This document shows, in pieces, positions 63,789 to 64,000 of a DNA stretch of 64,000 nucleotides; position 1 is the first letter of the stretch; each line of letters starts with the position of its first letter. The notes below the pieces were generated by a model that was not told the DNA's origin, searched no databases, and was given only the letters and a program-made list of their open reading frames with translations. The stretch is taken from assembly GCF_003918875.1 (NCBI RefSeq), contig NW_025766026.1:1302001-1366000 (forward strand), written 5' to 3'. The position numbers were made by a program, and so were the translations under genes. The DNA comes from Haliotis rubra. Its lineage: Eukaryota.

Positions 63789-64000
63789 CTGCAAGGAAAT
63801 ATGATTTGAAGAGTACGGAAATGTTAGCAGAAATCGAAATACAGTTTAATGTACTTTTACTGATATCAGAACCCATGGTGATATGAGTTGATTTACTATC
63901 ATGGATAATATTTTCAAACGAAATCTATCTGTGCCGACATCGAAGAGTCAATAAGCTTGTTCCAATTTAAGTCTACATCTAGACTTTGTATTTACTATTT

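Overview
This is eukaryotic, intron-rich, repeat-dense DNA from an animal; an invertebrate, probably a mollusc, is inferred from the SINE and MITE complement. I reconstructed the exons by hand from GT-AG boundaries. The window holds (1) four NPC2/ML-domain lipid-binding genes: copy 1 lacks exon 1 in the window, copies 2 and 3 are a convergent paralog pair, and copy 4 has two extra cysteines and a C-terminal 8-aa repeat tail. It also holds (2) two tandem triokinase/FMN cyclase (TKFC/DAK) paralogs. Copy A has three single-base homopolymer insertions that look like assembly errors. Copy B is intact but lacks one intron present in A, has substituted substrate-site residues, and carries a tandemly duplicated exon (9a/9b). 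The intron between 9a and 9b can base-pair over the 9b acceptor, which makes it a candidate structure-controlled mutually exclusive splicing switch and the best lead in the window. Finally there is (3) the last exon of a PLD3-like gene on the minus strand. Intergenic and intronic DNA contains relics of Tc1, PIF/Harbinger, MULE, hAT and LINE elements, three SINE-like families, many MITEs with 3- to 8-bp TSDs, a 67-bp satellite and a 198-N assembly gap. Family assignments come from motif recall, not database searches.
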